Shown here one piece after another: positions 1 to 13,912 of a stretch of DNA of 64,000 nt. The stretch lies in assembly GCA_951406725.2 (NCBI GenBank), contig OX597822.1, positions 35,836,001 through 35,900,000 of the forward strand. Direction: 5' to 3'. The notes under the pieces were generated by a model, which saw only the letters and a list, made by a program, of their open reading frames with translations, had not been told where the DNA came from and ran no database searches. Position numbers and translations under genes: made by a program. The stretch comes from Octopus vulgaris. Lineage: Eukaryota. Positions within the stretch are counted from its first letter, which is position 1, and each line of letters starts with the position of its first letter.

Positions 1-178
1 GAAGGAGAGAAAGAGAGAGAAAAGAGAGAAGGAAAGAAAGAAGGAAAGAAGGAAGGAAAGAAAGAAGGAAAGAAGGAAGGAAAGAAAGAAAGAAAGCGAG
101 AGGAGGGGGAAGAAAGGAAGGAAGGAAAGTAAGAAAGAGAGAAAGAAAGAAAGGAAGAAAGAAAGAAAGAAAGAAAGC
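1..178. repeat. Purine-rich (GAAA/GAAG)n low-complexity tract in GPI intron 2
   Basis: Almost exclusively G/A, in tetranucleotide units. Confidence 0.95.
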
Positions 179-186
179 CAACATAC

Positions 187-277
187 CAGCTCAATCAGTT
201 TCTCGATAACAGTGTCATTGATGAGATTCTTGGAATAGTCCAACAACAAGTTGCCGTTGGGGTCCTCCAAAGAAACA
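187..277 (-). CDS. GPI: Glucose-6-phosphate isomerase, exon 2 (91 bp)
   Basis: Minus strand: gttttctatttgttttag acceptor, then T+VSLEDPNGNLLLDYSKNLINDTVIEKLIEL, then gtatgt donor. LDYSKN is the conserved GPI N-terminal motif. The phase joins exon 1 (AG|T = Ser). Confidence 0.96.
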
Positions 278-409
278 CTAAAACAAATAGAAAACATATT
301 TTCATCAGTAATCTCAGAAACTGAGGAACACATAATTGATAACTAAAAACTGGAAAGAAATATTTGTGAAAATACATGAGAAAAATGTGTAGTCGGTAAC
401 TTTGTTTTT

Positions 410-600
410 GTTCAATGCTTTCTACACGTGCTCTGAAGAAGGCCCACCTGGCTGACTTTGAAATTATCAGATGTTAGGAAGCTTGTTACAGGAACTCCAG
501 GCTTCTCCCTTGAATGTTAGGTAGTCTTTCTTACTGTCAGCAACATAGGATCCAAAGTACTCGAAGACATTTATTGCTTTGAGTTGTGAGCTCAAGGCCA
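410..600 (-). mobile_element. Degenerate RTE/RTEX-like LINE reverse transcriptase C-terminal fragment
   Basis: FEYFGSYVADSKKDYLTFKGEAWSSCNKL...FFRARVESI resembles the FKYLGS...AWSACNKL...FFRACVES region of these RTs. Confidence 0.7.
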
Positions 601-780
601 AAGAGGAGACTTTCCATCTCCACAACTTATGATCAATGCAGGGTAGATTTTGAAGGCCATTACCATACTGTTGTGATGCTGAACAATAGATATCATATCT
701 CAGAGACTTCAGTTCCCTAATAGGGGGCAAACTACACTTGATGTCATTGGCAGAGACACACAACATGAAATTGTAGGCCT

Positions 781-1045
781 CATCATCATCATTTAATGTC
801 CGTTTTCCTTGCTAGCATGGGTTGGACAGTTCGACCAGGGTCTGGGAAGCCAGGAGGCTGTACCAGGCCCCTGTCTGATCTGTGAGTGTAGTTGGTGCTT
901 TTTACGTGCCAGGCGAGGCTAGCAACGGCCACAATCGGTTGGTGCTTTTTACGTGCCACTGGCATGGAGGCCAGCCAGGGCGGCGCTGGCAACGGCCACG
1001 TTCGGATGGTTCTTTTATGTGCCCCCGGCACTGGTATCACAACTA
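781..1045 (-). mobile_element. RTE-type LINE/SINE 3' end with (GAT)n tail; similar copies near 2100-2390, 9035, 18180, 22655, 29690, 48630, 51100
   Basis: Recurrent CCATGC(T/C)AGCATGGAAA...GATGATGAT terminus, shared with the coding RTE copy at 36515-37310. Confidence 0.8.
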
Positions 1046-1597
1046 TAATATAAGGAGTGCAGAGATTGCTAGCACACCATGATGAAACACATCTCAGTTG
1101 CAGCCCCTCAAGGAGGTCTACACAATATCAAGCAGTTAAAATTTTCACTTTTATTTAAACATTATCATGTGTCTTTTTCTGTCCTTGGTCATATTGTATA
1201 GACATATTGTGTTCATTCATCACAACACAGTGTTGGTTAATGAATCTATAGAAATACTCTACAGTACAATTTAGCAATTATTATATATAATCTGAGCTGA
1301 ATGATTTTATAAGTTCAGCAGCTGACATGAAGAGTTAAAGCAAATTTCAAAAAGCTAAATACATTTCCTTATATCAACCACCCATCTATGAAGTAGATAC
1401 AATAGGCTAAGAGCAACTATTATACTAAAAAGGAATTTTTTTTTTAAGGGAATGGCTTTTCAAAGCTTAATGTGTTTCAGTAGGATTATTTCAGTTACCA
1501 TAGAAACATTCAGATATCAGATATTTGCAAATACTGCAAGGAGTATGGTATAAACAAAAACTAAAATTCAGTCTTGGGTGATGTAACAGTATTAATT

Positions 1598-1635
<38 letters not shown>

Positions 1636-3662
1636 AAATAATAATATGGGTTACAAATTTTGGTACAAAGCCTGTAATTTCAAGGAAAGCAGGGTGAGGT
1701 GGGGTGCCAATCAATTCCATCAAATTTATTACTAGAGTGGTACTTTATTTTATCGATTCTAAAGGGAGGAAAGGCAAATTTGAAATTAGAACATTAAAAT
1801 GCCATTAAGCATTTTTAACATAGGCACAAGGCTATGCATTTGCAATGAACCAATTACATCAACTGAAATACTTCACTGACATACTTCATGTAAAGTAAAA
1901 TTAACTTCAAGCTTCTTAACTACATGGCTTCGCCTGACTCAATTAGTGTGTGTGCATGAAATTTATCTTATACTTGTTTCAGTCATTAGAGTGCAGCCAT
2001 GCTGGAGCACCACTTTGAAAAATGTTTAGTCAACTCCACCCCAGACTTATTTTTCTTAAGCCTGGTAAATATCATTCTTTTGGCCTCTTATGCTCATGGT
2101 CAATGCCAGTGCCGCCTGACTGGCTCCCATACCGGTGACACATAAAAAGCATCATTCGAATGTGGTCAATGCCACTGTTGCCCAACTGGCCCTCATGCCA
2201 GTGACATAAAAAAAAGCATCCACTACACACTTGGAGTGGTTGATGTTAGGAAGGGCATCCAGCTATAGAATCCTTGCCAGATCAGATTGGAACCGGGTGC
2301 AGCTTCCTGGCTTGCCAGCCCTCAGTCAAACTGTCCAAACCATGCCAGCATGGAAAGCGGATGTTAAATGATGATGATGATGATGATGATATATATGTAT
2401 ATCTATATATCACGGTACCATGGTATCAAACAAACTATCAGATGTTATACATCACTAATCACAATGCGCTTCGCATTGGTTTGGCTTTCAAATGATGCCA
2501 CTCTGCTGGCTAGGTGAACAGACCAAATTTCCACCTGGCTGGAAAGCTAGTTGCAGCGTTACCCATTAACAGCTGAGTGGACTAGAGCAATGAGAAATTA
2601 AATGTTTTGCTCTCAAGAACACAATGCACCACCTAGTCTGGGAATCGAGCCCTCAATCTAGTGATTGTGAGTACAACACCCAACCATTAAGACATGTCTT
2701 CACACACACACACACACAGATATATTTATAGTGAAATCAAACGTGAAACCTTCAAGCTGGAACCAACTAGACTAGAGATAAAAGCTTTTATCAAGTGTTA
2801 ATATTAAGCTGCTCAGGCATTTTCATTTCCTGTTTCTCTTGGAGATTAGCATATATACATATATATACATATATATTCTTTTACTTGTTTCCGTTATTTG
2901 ACAGTGGCCATGCTGCAGCAACATCAGTTGTCAAGCAATGGTGGGGTACAAACACATACACACAAACACATACATGTATATATATTGTTGGCATTCTTTT
3001 TGTCTCGGGAGACAATGGAGTTGCGCATAAAATAGTCTAGTCCGGTTTACACAATGAGCTTCTTTCAGTTTCTGTCTACCAAATCCACTCACAGGGCTTT
3101 GGTTAGCCAAAGGTTATAGTAGAAGACACTTGCCATAGGTGCCACGCAGTGGGACTGAACCCGGAACCATGTGGTTAGTAAGGGACAAGCATGGCTAGGT
3201 GCAGGTGTGACTGTGTGGTAAAAAGGTTGCTTCCTAAGCACAAGGCTTTGTATTCAGTCCCACTGTGGGGCACCTTGGATATGTTCTAATATAGTTGTAG
3301 GCCAACCAAAGCCTTGTGAGTGGATGTGGTAGGGAGAAACTAAAAGAAGCCCATCATATATATGTGTGTGTGGTGAGGTGTATGTATGTCTCTCTCTGCC
3401 TTAACATCATACAATAGTTATAAATGAGTGTCACTGTCATACAAAAGGTACCCTTCATTTCCACTCTTCTTCTATGAAAATATGTGTGGCATGGGGTGGG
3501 GGGGACATTACCGTCTTTAGAAGCAAGTGAGGGCTAGCAACAGGAAGGGCACCTGGCGCTAGAAAATCCACCTCAACAAATTCCATGTGCCCCATATGAG
3601 CACGGAGAAGTTCATCTTAAATGATGATGACGATGATGAGCATGATGATGATGATGATATAT

Positions 3663-3891
3663 GGCGGCGAGCTGGCAGAAACGTTAGCACGCTGGGCGAA
3701 ATGCTCACCGGTATTTCGTCTGCCGCCACGTTCTGAGTTCAAATTCCGCCGAGGTCGACTTTGCCTTTCATCCTTTCGGGGTTGATAAATTAAGTACCAG
3801 ATACGCACTGGGGGTCGATGTAATCGACTTAATCCGTTTGTCTGTCCTTGTTTGTCCCCTCTATGTTTAGCCCCTCGTTGGCAATAAAGAA
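3663..3891 (+). mobile_element. tRNA-derived SINE family M (Meta-domain-like core), full-length copy; >25 full or partial copies in window
   Basis: GGCGGCGAGCTGGCAGAA head, B-box GAGTTCAAATTCC, core CCTTTCATCCTTTCGGGGT(C/T)GATAAATTAAGTACCAG; copies at about 6090, 9744, 12161, 15796, 32897, 57915, 60945, 61543. Confidence 0.9.
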
Positions 3892-4273
3892 ACAGATATA
3901 TAAGAGCTGCTTCATCCAATGTGTTTTATCTTTTTTGAGATGTCAGAGTGTTATTTGATGGCAGATATGGTTATTCACAGCAAGTAGACCAACCAAACTG
4001 AGGCTCTTTCATTGGCTTAAATTGTTACGTATTTTAACAAACCCTTGCATTACTACTTACTTGCTACATACTTTATTAATATGCAGCTTAGTTTGCTAAT
4101 AACCAAGAGAAACAGAACGAAAAAAAATTAACATGAACAGTTTAACTCCTGATAAAAGCTCTTATCTCTAGTCTAGAATGAAAGGTATCTACTAAGTAGT
4201 TGGTTCCAACCAAAATCCTTCACATTTAATTTCAATGCTAATAAATAAATATATATATATATATATATATATG

Positions 4274-4356
4274 TTATGGTGCAGTTACTGATGAGAATTT
4301 CACCTAGCAAATTATTTTATTTGCTAAAAGAATTCGAAACCTAGGTATGACCATAA
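4274..4356 (+). ncRNA. Type I hammerhead ribozyme motif (canonical core)
   Basis: CTGATGA 4288-4294; helix II GAATT/AATTC extended by TAGCAAAT/ATTTGCTA; GAAA 4336-4339; helix III AC-CTAG-GT; GUA cleavage triplet; bulged helix I TTATG..GTTA/TGAC-CATAA. Confidence 0.8.
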
Positions 4357-4529
4357 AAAGATAAGGTAAAAGTTTTTATTTTTCATTCCCTTTGAAATTG
4401 CTTTTAAATGTGGTTTTAGTCGTTTTGACTGCTTCTTCTAGCATGTAAAATTACCTGTTAAAGGTAGTTTCTCTTGTGTTTAAATGTACACTATTTTATG
4501 TATGTATGTATGTATATATATATATAACT

Positions 4530-5270
4530 TAGATATGTTTCAATCAAAGATTGGTCCGGGCCATGTCTAACTTAATAGCACCACCTGGTAGGATTAGTTA
4601 ACTCCTTTTTAAGTCAAGTTTTGTGGTATCATGGTCCATCCAGTAAGGAGTTCTTGTTGAGTGGGTTGTATTTAGGTATAGGGAACTTATCTGGTATTCT
4701 TTGAAGAAATTTGTCCAGATTCTTTTTAAAGATGATAGGATCCTTTTCATCTTTGATCTGTTTTGGGGACAATGTTAAATAGGGCAGGGCCTGTTGAGGA
4801 AAAGAAAATGTATTGCAGTGTATTTATGTGTTGTGATCCTGAATTGGGTAGGGGACATATGTTCCCATGGTTTTAGCCTTGGATAAATTCTGAAACTTAT
4901 GTTGGGTAATGTTGGTGGTATATTCTCTACTTCATGCGAATGACGTATCGCTCACAGTAACACTGAAAAGAATAGAGTTTCAATGCTTTAAGGCAGTCCC
5001 AATAATTGAGATCCATCAAGCCCTTAATTTTTTTAGAGCATGCATTTTGTTTATATACCAAATTTGCTGTGAGATAGCATCCAAGGAAACATCCTCAAAC
5101 AATGCTGAATGTTAAAGAACACCTGAATGTTACAGACCAGGTGAGACAACTCACTTTGGAATCACCAAGATTGGTAGATATCGATATTTCATCATTATTG
5201 TGGCTTATCAATACCATGTACTCAGATCATCTTGAAACTATGACTAATATGCAAACAGAGTGAAGTCACA
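4530..5270 (-). mobile_element. CR1-clade LINE 3' fragment (decayed RT C-terminus and 3' end)
   Basis: Translates to LNYWDCLKALKLYSFQ...GPALFNIVPKQIK..FKKNLDKFLQRIPD, with stops and frameshifts. Confidence 0.75.
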
Positions 5271-5454
5271 TGATATATATACATACATATATATCAATAT
5301 ATAGATATAGATATATATATATATAAATGAGAATCAAGTTAGGTAAATCAATTCACATATAATAATACATATATCTAACCATAGACCCAATATGCATAAA
5401 TTTTAAAAAATATATTTAATATCTCAAAAATATTAAAACTATATAGATATACAA

Positions 5455-5499
<45 letters not shown>

Positions 5500-8400
5500 G
5501 ATTTATCAACTCATTAAAAATATATAAATACATAAATATATAAATACATTAAGAATATATTGAAAATATAAATACATACATAGATCAACCTACAGAACAA
5601 AAACGATACCATAGAAGGAGGCATTGTTCAGTAATGGATATAAATATCCTTTCTTTGACAAGATAACTGGACAGCCAGAAATGGCCATTGGATTATCAAT
5701 ACTCAAACCTTTTTATGTTTTACCTTTTGCTGGACTCTTAACTCTCTATCTAGTTCTATGACATCATTTTTATTTGGTAATTCAATCTATATATATATTT
5801 ATATTTTCAATATATTCTTAATGTATATATATTTATGTGCTGGCATGCAATAAGCACCATTCATGCAGGGGTCATTGCCAGTGCTGTCTGACTGGCTCCC
5901 CATGACACTGGCACGTAAAAAACATCATGTGAACGTGGTCAATGCCAGCCCTCCTCACCCCTAACTTTATTCTCATTTCTATATTCATCTCAAGTTCAAA
6001 TATTTTGAGCACTTCTAAAAGCAGTCTATACATTGGAAAAAATTTTTTTTCTTTTTTACATATAAACATATATATATATATATATATACCTATTTCTTTA
6101 TTACCCACAAGGGGCTAAACACAGAGGGGACAAACAAGGACAGACATAGGTATTAAGTCGATTACATCGACCCCAGTGCGTAACTGGTTCTTAATTTATC
6201 GACCCCGAAAGGATGAAAGGCAAAGTCGACCTCGGCGGAATTTGAACTCACAACGTAACGCAGACATACCATACACATACACGCAGAAATGTATATATAC
6301 ATATATAGAGGATGTAAGAGACAAAGAAAGGGAAAAGAGAAGCATTACAATTTATTAATTGAACACAACTGATACAAACAGTTTCCCTCTCTTCAGACAC
6401 ATAAAAGAAAATGTGCTTGCAATCACTGAGAGAGAGAGAGAGAGAAAGAGAGATAGAGAGAAAGAGAGGGGTGACATTGAAACAAGAGAAATGATAAAAC
6501 ATCTGATGTGAAATAAATTAGCTTAAACTCAGAAGTGCGAAATAGGCAGCACCAAAATGTCTCATACCCTGGAAAAATTATCACAAGGCACATTTCATTT
6601 GATGCTCAAATGACTCTGCTAATTGGTTTGAATACAACAAGAGCTAATTAAAAAAAAAAACAATTAAATATGTCATTCCCCGTTAATATTGGCCTTAAAT
6701 TTAGGCACAATGCCGGCAATTTTCGGGGGAGGACGTAAGTCGATAACATCAACCCCAGTGTCAAGCTGGTACCTATTTTATCATCTCGAAAATATGAAAA
6801 GCAAAGTCAACCCCACCAGAATTTGAACTCAGAACATAAAGATGGATGACATGCCACTAAGCATTTTGTGCAATGTGCTAACAATTCCGCCAGCATGCCA
6901 CATTTCATTTTTGGTTAATATTAGAGCTAAAGGATGTTAGAGTACAGAATAAACTAATGATGGCTGACACTAACAAATTTGTAAAATAAGATAAATCCGT
7001 CTGTCATAAGGAGAAGAGTTTTTGGCATTTTGAAAAGGACCTTTCTTGTTTTATAAAATTTTTAATTACCACATTTTCTAGCATCGATGACACTATTTCC
7101 TTCCTAAAATAAATCTTGAAAAATTATCATTCACCCTTGAGGACAAAGTACATTTTTTCTAAGTTTTAATCCCCAGAAGAGTGTTATCCATGATAAACAT
7201 ACTGGGTCTATGTGTTTTTTTATCTTTTACTTGTTTCAGACGTTGAACTGTGGCCATGCTGGAGCACCATCTTGAAAGGTTTTAGGGGAACAAATCAATC
7301 TCAGTACTTATGCTCTCTTTTTTTAAGTCTGATACATATTCTATTATTCTCTTTTGCCAAACCACTAAGTTACAAGGATGTAAACACCAGTTGTCAATGG
7401 GGTGAGTGACAAACACAGAAACACACACACATACACACACACACATGCACACACACATGCACACATACACATGTGCACACACACACACACACACATGATG
7501 GGCTTCCACACAGTTTCCATTCACCAAATTCACTTAAAAGGCATTAGTCAGCCTGGGGCTATAGCAGGAGACATTTGCCAAAGTTGCCATGCAGTGGGAC
7601 TGAACCTGAAACTATGTGGTTGCAAAACAAACATCTAAACCACACAGTTATACTTGTTTGCATGTTTCAAGACAAAATTAGGACAAGTCTTCAAGAATAG
7701 GAGAAAAATGGAACAAAATTAGGACAAGTCTTTGATGCCAAGATTTGGCAATAGTCTTTACAAAATTTTGAAAACAAGTTTTGATTACTAAGTCATCACA
7801 ATTTGTGTTCCTGAAAAATGTAAATTATCTATGATTATCTGCTAATTACTCCACAAAAACTTTCTGAAATTTAGTTTTAATAGGTTGCTTCCTTTTTGTT
7901 TTGTATTTTTTTTTCCTCATTTTTCTTTCTTTCATGGGTGTTGGCAACAGAAGGACACCCAGCCATAAAAAACAATTTCTTACATAAACATCTAAAACCA
8001 TGCCAGCATGGTAAAAAACAGACATAAGACGATGATGATGATGAGTTCACGCAGACATGTGTAATAATATAACAGACACCGCTAGCATCCAACAGATTTG
8101 CATGTCTTCATAATTTAAAGTACTAGGTTTTTTTTTTTTATAATGCGTTTTTGTTTTGTTTTTTTTTTTTTTTCTTCCTACCTTTTCTTCGGCAAGTATG
8201 CCAAAGCGAAAAGTGCATTTTAAGACAGCAAACATGTCACAGTCCTCCACCTAAGTTAAAACTCAGCAACCATGCAATGCAGCAACAGAAAAATGTTACA
8301 GCAATTAACCAAATAACTCCAAAATGCTTCCCCTCAAACTACTAACTTCATTGTACAAATGAAAAGTTACAACACTAGATATCAAGTTTCAAAAGTGCTT

Positions 8401-8799
8401 TTGAGAAGAAGCCAATCATTTGGCTACATGTGAGTAGTGAAAATTCATAAGCAAGATATGTCAGTTATCAAAGTTTACACATACTTTCCTAAGCAGCCAA
8501 GATTTTGTTTTCTTCTTGTGGAATTAGGCTATCATCTTACCTGCAAATGTGATATCACGAAAGATTTTTAAGCTGTTTTTAAGCAGAATTAAGTTTATGG
8601 TTAATGTCAAGTTTTCTCTAGTTAACGCCCATTTTACAACTTTTTTTAAATATATTCTAGTTTTTATATCATTTTTTAAAAAATATATTCTGTGATATAT
8701 TATTTTTTATTTACATTCTTCATTTTTAATATAATTTGTTGATTTTCATATCATTTTTTTACATATATTCTACAATTTTAAATTTACAAATACATACAT

Positions 8800-9020
8800 C
8801 TCTATCTAGCTATCTATCTGTCTATCTATCTATCTATCTATCTAATCTATCAATCTATCTATCTATCTATCTACCTAATCTATCTATCTATCTAATCTAT
8901 CAATCTATCTAATCTATCTATCTATCTAATCTATCAATCTATCTAATCTATCTATCTATCTATCTATCTAATCTATCAATCTATCTATCTACCTAGACAG
9001 ACAGACAGACAGATAGACAG
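8800..9020. repeat. (TCTA)n/(GACA)n compound microsatellite
   Basis: Direct reading. Confidence 0.95.
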
Positions 9021-10943
9021 AGGGGAGAGATATCATTATTTAATGTCTGTTTTCCATGCTGGCATGGGTTGGATGGTTTGACAGAAGCCAGCAAGCCAGA
9101 GGACTTCAACAAGCTCCACCATCCGTTTTGACACAGTTTTTAAAGCCAATCATTTATATATCATCGATATTGTTTTAATGTCTATTTCTCCATGCTTGCA
9201 GGGATCACTTGAGAGTATATGAAAGCAATGCTTTATATGGCCAAATGCCCTTCCTGGCAACAATCCCCACCAGTTTCCAACTGAGATAATGATTTCCTAG
9301 TCTACCAAAAGACAAACAGCCCAGACTTGCTTATGTGAAGAACTAGAAAGAAATAACATTGAAACATGCCTTTGTTTACAAAGATCTTGCAATATGCCAA
9401 AACAGGTCAAGAAGCCAGAACATGTTTTTATAGTGGACAGTAAGCAAATGATATAATTAGCAGAGCCATAGTTTACAACTAACAAATGACAAGGAAAATA
9501 GAGTAGCCAATAGGAAGGGCATCCCTACATAGAAAAATCTGCCATAACAAATTCTGTCTGACTCATACAAGATGTTAAATGATGATAATGATGATGATGA
9601 TGACAATGATGAAGACAATGATGATAATGATTATATCTTCTGTCCTTTAATCATTTCAGTCATTGGACTGCGGCCATGCTAGGGCATCAACTTCTAGGGT
9701 TTTGTCGAACAAATCAACATTAATACTTATTTTGTAAAACAAAGCGGCGAGCTAGCAGAAACGTTAGCACGCCTGGCGAAATGCTTATTGGTATTTCATC
9801 TGCCGTTACATTCTGAGTTCAAATTCCGCAGAGGTCGACTTTGCCTTTCATCCTTTCAGGGTCGATGAAATAAGTACCAGTTACTCACTAGGTTCGATGT
9901 AATCAACTTAATCCTTTTGTCTGTCCTTGTTTGTCCCCTCTATGTTTAGTCTCTTGTGGGCAATAAAGAAATAAGAAATAAGACTGGTACTTATTCTATC
10001 AGTCTCTTTTGCTGAACCACTAAGTTACAGGGACATTAGCAAACAAACAGCAGTTGTCAAGCAGTGGTAGAGGATAAGCACAGTGACAAAGACACACACA
10101 TATATACATATGATGGGCTTCTTCCAGTTTCCATCTACTAAATTCACTCACAAGACTTTGGTCAGCCCAAGGTTATAGTAGAAGACACTTGCCCAAGGTG
10201 CCACAGAGTGGGACTGAACCCAGAACCATGTGGGAAGCAAATTTCTTACCATACAGACAAATCTGCACCTATGTATATATGTGTGTGTGAGTATGTGTGT
10301 GTGAGTACGTGTGTGTGTGTGTATACACACATAGACACATATAAATAGACAGTGAAAGGGAGAGACAGAGAAAGGAAGAAACAGACAGACATAACACAGT
10401 ATAAATCAAATACCTAACAAACGTATAATGTGGATAAGTCTATTAAAGCTATTTGCTTGAATGCTTTAGTTGTGGAGATTGCAAACAATGTGAATGCAGC
10501 CTATTGTTTTCTTAAGAAAATACATAAGTAGTCAGTAATGTACTTTTGAAATGGTTGTCACCAGAGAAGATACACTCTTATTTTTTGGCTCGATAGAGAA
10601 ATAGTAATCTAAATTGCTATATATAAAAAAAAGTGTATCAGTATGTAACACTGGTGGTCGTCTTGATTTGCAATCATCATCATCAGTTTAATGTCTACTT
10701 TTCTATACTTGGATTGGTCACATGATACCACATTGAGATAGTGTTTTAAGGGTGGGTGCCTTTCCTGATGCCAACCCTCACTTATTTCCAAGCAAGGTAA
10801 TAATCCTCCCAGTCTTTCAAACAGCAAACAGCTCAGATGGAGTTATGCATACAAATGGAAATGAATGATGACACCATTTGAATGAGCCTTTTGTTTACAT
10901 ACAGCAAATACATATGAAAATGAAGGGAAATATGAACTTGCTT

Positions 10944-10980
<37 letters not shown>

Positions 10981-11200
10981 AATTTGTCTATACACACACA
11001 CACACACAATATGCTCTTTCAATAACAGTCTACCAATTTCAATCACAAGATATTAGTCAACCTGTAGCTATAGTACAGAACACCAGGCATTAGCATCTGC
11101 AGAGTGGGACTGAATCTTTAATCATGTGACCCCAAAGCAAACTTCTTAACCACACAGTCAAGCCTACACACAAACTTAATTAGGTAGTAAATATATTTAT

Positions 11201-11512
11201 GTGGAGGCGCAATAGCCCAGTGGTTAGGGAAGCAGACTCGCGGTTGGAGGATCGCGGATTCGATTCCCAGACCGGGTGTTGTGTGTGTTTATTGACCGAA
11301 AACACCTAAAGCTCCACGAGGCTCCAGTAGTGGGTGGTGGCAACCCCTGTTGTACTCTTACACCCCAAACTTTCTCTAACTCTCTTCCTGTTTCTTGAGT
11401 AACGCTGCAATAGACTGGCGTCCCATCCAGCTGGGGGGAACACATACGCCACAGAAACTGGGAAACCAGGCCCATGAGCCTGGCTAGGCTTGAAAAGGGT
11501 GCATAAAAAAAT
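11201..11512 (+). mobile_element. tRNA-derived SINE with V-domain-like core, flanked by a target-site duplication
   Basis: A-box TAGCCCAGTGG, B-box GATTCGATTCC, core GACTGGCGTCCCATCCAG...CAGAAACTGGGA, A-tail; ATATATTTAT on both sides (11191-11200, 11519-11528). Confidence 0.85.
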
Positions 11513-13117
11513 ATATATATATATTTATGGAGAACACAACCCAAACCAAAAACATATAATGTAGATAAATCTACAGTTATTTATTTGAGAACCTTAACTC
11601 TGAGGACACCTGATGATGTGTAAACATCCTATTGTTCCCTTAAGTAAAGAGAAAAAAACTCAAGAATCCCCTTACAGAACAGTTTTGAGGATGATTGTCT
11701 GCTCATCTGAAAAGATGTATTCTTATTCTCCAGCCAGCTATATCATTCCTTCTGAAGAAAGTTTGACTGCTATTTTTAATTGGCCAAGTGACCACAGAAG
11801 CTTCTTTATTCACTTCTAAAGATGGTTTATAAGTGATGGATTAGTATAAATGTTAGAGCAGCAGATCAAATACTTTGTTACATCTGCTCTATCTTCTGAA
11901 ATGGTCAACAATCAACAGCAAGATGCTGCTATAGATCACATTATCCCAAAATATGCATGCATGTGACCAGAGACCACATGTGAATTTGTATTCCCTAAAA
12001 CCCCAAATACGAACTCTACACCTCGACAAATAATGATGACCATGGCTATGGTGTATGTGCTATCAGACACCCTTGTTCTTCCAGTGGGGCATTTGTCAAA
12101 CTTGCAAGCTGGATTTTTGAGCTGCAGGCAGAATCATTATTTTGCCAGCTGGAACATTAGGGCAGGTGAGGTAGCAGAATCGTTAGCAGGCTGGATGAAA
12201 TGCTTAGCAGTTATTTCATCTGCTGTTACATTCTGAGTTCAAATTCAACTAAGGTCTCTTTGCCTTTCATCCTTTTGGGGTCGATTAAATAAATACCAGT
12301 TACACACTGGGGTTAATGTAATCAGCTTAATCTCTTTGTCTGTCTTGTTTGCCCCTTCTATGTTTAGCCCCCCGGTGGACAATAAAGAAATAAAGAAATA
12401 AAAACATTTGTGAGAGACAAGGTGAACTCGTCGGTCAGATTTGGCTCAAACTACCTTAGGTGAATGCCACCACAATACAAGTAGAAAGTTTGTGGTATTA
12501 TGTCATGTTTCTTAATCCTCTGGTTTTAGCTTTGCTTTAAGTTTCTCCTACAAGCAATAGATTTAAGTACTAATCATAAACTGAGTTGATATAAATGACC
12601 TGGCGTTAGGAAGGGCATCCAGCTATAGAAACCTTGCCAGATCAGAGAAGAGGAGGAGGAGGAACCCCAATACATAACTGATATACTATTAATTGACCTT
12701 TGAAACGATGGAAGGCAAAGCTGACCTCGATGGATTTCAACTCAGAACACAGAGAGTCGCAGCAAATACTGCAAGGCATTATAGCCTTCAATTCAATAAA
12801 TCTGCTGCCATATAAAGACTACATCACTGTTATTTAATGTTGGTGTATGAATTTCAATTGTTGCTAGCTTTTTTTTTTTTTGTTTTTGCCTTTGCATTGT
12901 TTTGTTTTTGCTTTTTTAATTCCATGCATACCAGAGCACATGTGCTTACCCAGCAGACTAAAACAATAAATACTTAAACATATATATTTCGCTTTTTGTA
13001 TTTGGCTTGCAAGATTCTAGATGTGAATCTATATGCTGAAACAGATTCTGTTGCATCAGAGGATGATTATAATGCCAATAATAAACAGATGCACTGGTTT
13101 TATTTCACTTCTTTCAC

Positions 13118-13149
<32 letters not shown>

Positions 13150-13150
<1 letters not shown>

Positions 13151-13503
13151 GGCAGTAAGCTGGCAGAATCGTTAACATACAAGTAAAATGTTTAGCGGTG
13201 TTTCGTCTGTCTCTACATTCTAAGTCCAAATTCCACTAAGGCTGACTCGGCCTTCCATCGTTTCAGGGTCAATGAATTAAGTACCAGTGAAACACTGGGG
13301 TTGATGTAATTGACTAGTCCCCTCCACCAAAATTTCAGGCCTTGTGCCTTTAGTAGAAAGGATTAGTATTATTATTCCCGTCTTTACATTCCGAGCTCAA
13401 ATTCCATTGAGGTTGACTTTGCCTTTCATCCTTTCAGGGTTAATGAAATAAGTACCACCTCCCTCAAAATTTCAGGCCTTGTGCCTATAGTAGAAGGAAT
13501 TAC

Positions 13504-13545
<42 letters not shown>

Positions 13546-13912
13546 AATGCCATCAAGGTCAGCTTTGCTTTTGACCCTTTTGGGGTCGATAAAATAAGTA
13601 CAAGTTGTAGACTGAGGTCAATGTAATCAACTTGCCCCTTCACATAAAACTTCAAGCCGTGTGCCTATAGTAGGAAAAATTATTATTATTATTATTAAAG
13701 GTAGCAAGCTTGCAGAATCGTTAGCACACAGGACTAAATGCTTAGTGGTATTTCGCCCATCGCTATGTTCTGAGTTCAAATTCCACTGAGGTCAACTTTG
13801 CTTTTCATCCTTTCAGGGTCAATAAATTAAGTACCAGTGGAACACTGGGGAGTTGATGAAATCAACTTATCCTCTCCTACAAAATTGCTGTCTTTGTGGA
13901 AAAATTTGAAAC
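13150..13912 (+). mobile_element. Head-to-tail cluster of four family-M SINE copies separated by (ATT)n tails
   Basis: Four repeats of the TTCATCCTTT..GGGTC..AAGTACCA core with ATT tracts between them. Confidence 0.85.

Noticed and set aside
195-377. 60-aa minus-strand ORF in the track
   Set aside because: Wrong frame over GPI exon 2
8536-8635. Strong CAG|GTAAG donor on the minus strand as an alternative GPI first exon
   Set aside because: The phase-2 frame needed to join exon 2 has a stop a few codons upstream, and there is no GPI similarity; a non-coding exon is not excluded
11603-11630. CTGATGA motif
   Set aside because: No GAAA or helix III in the correct position
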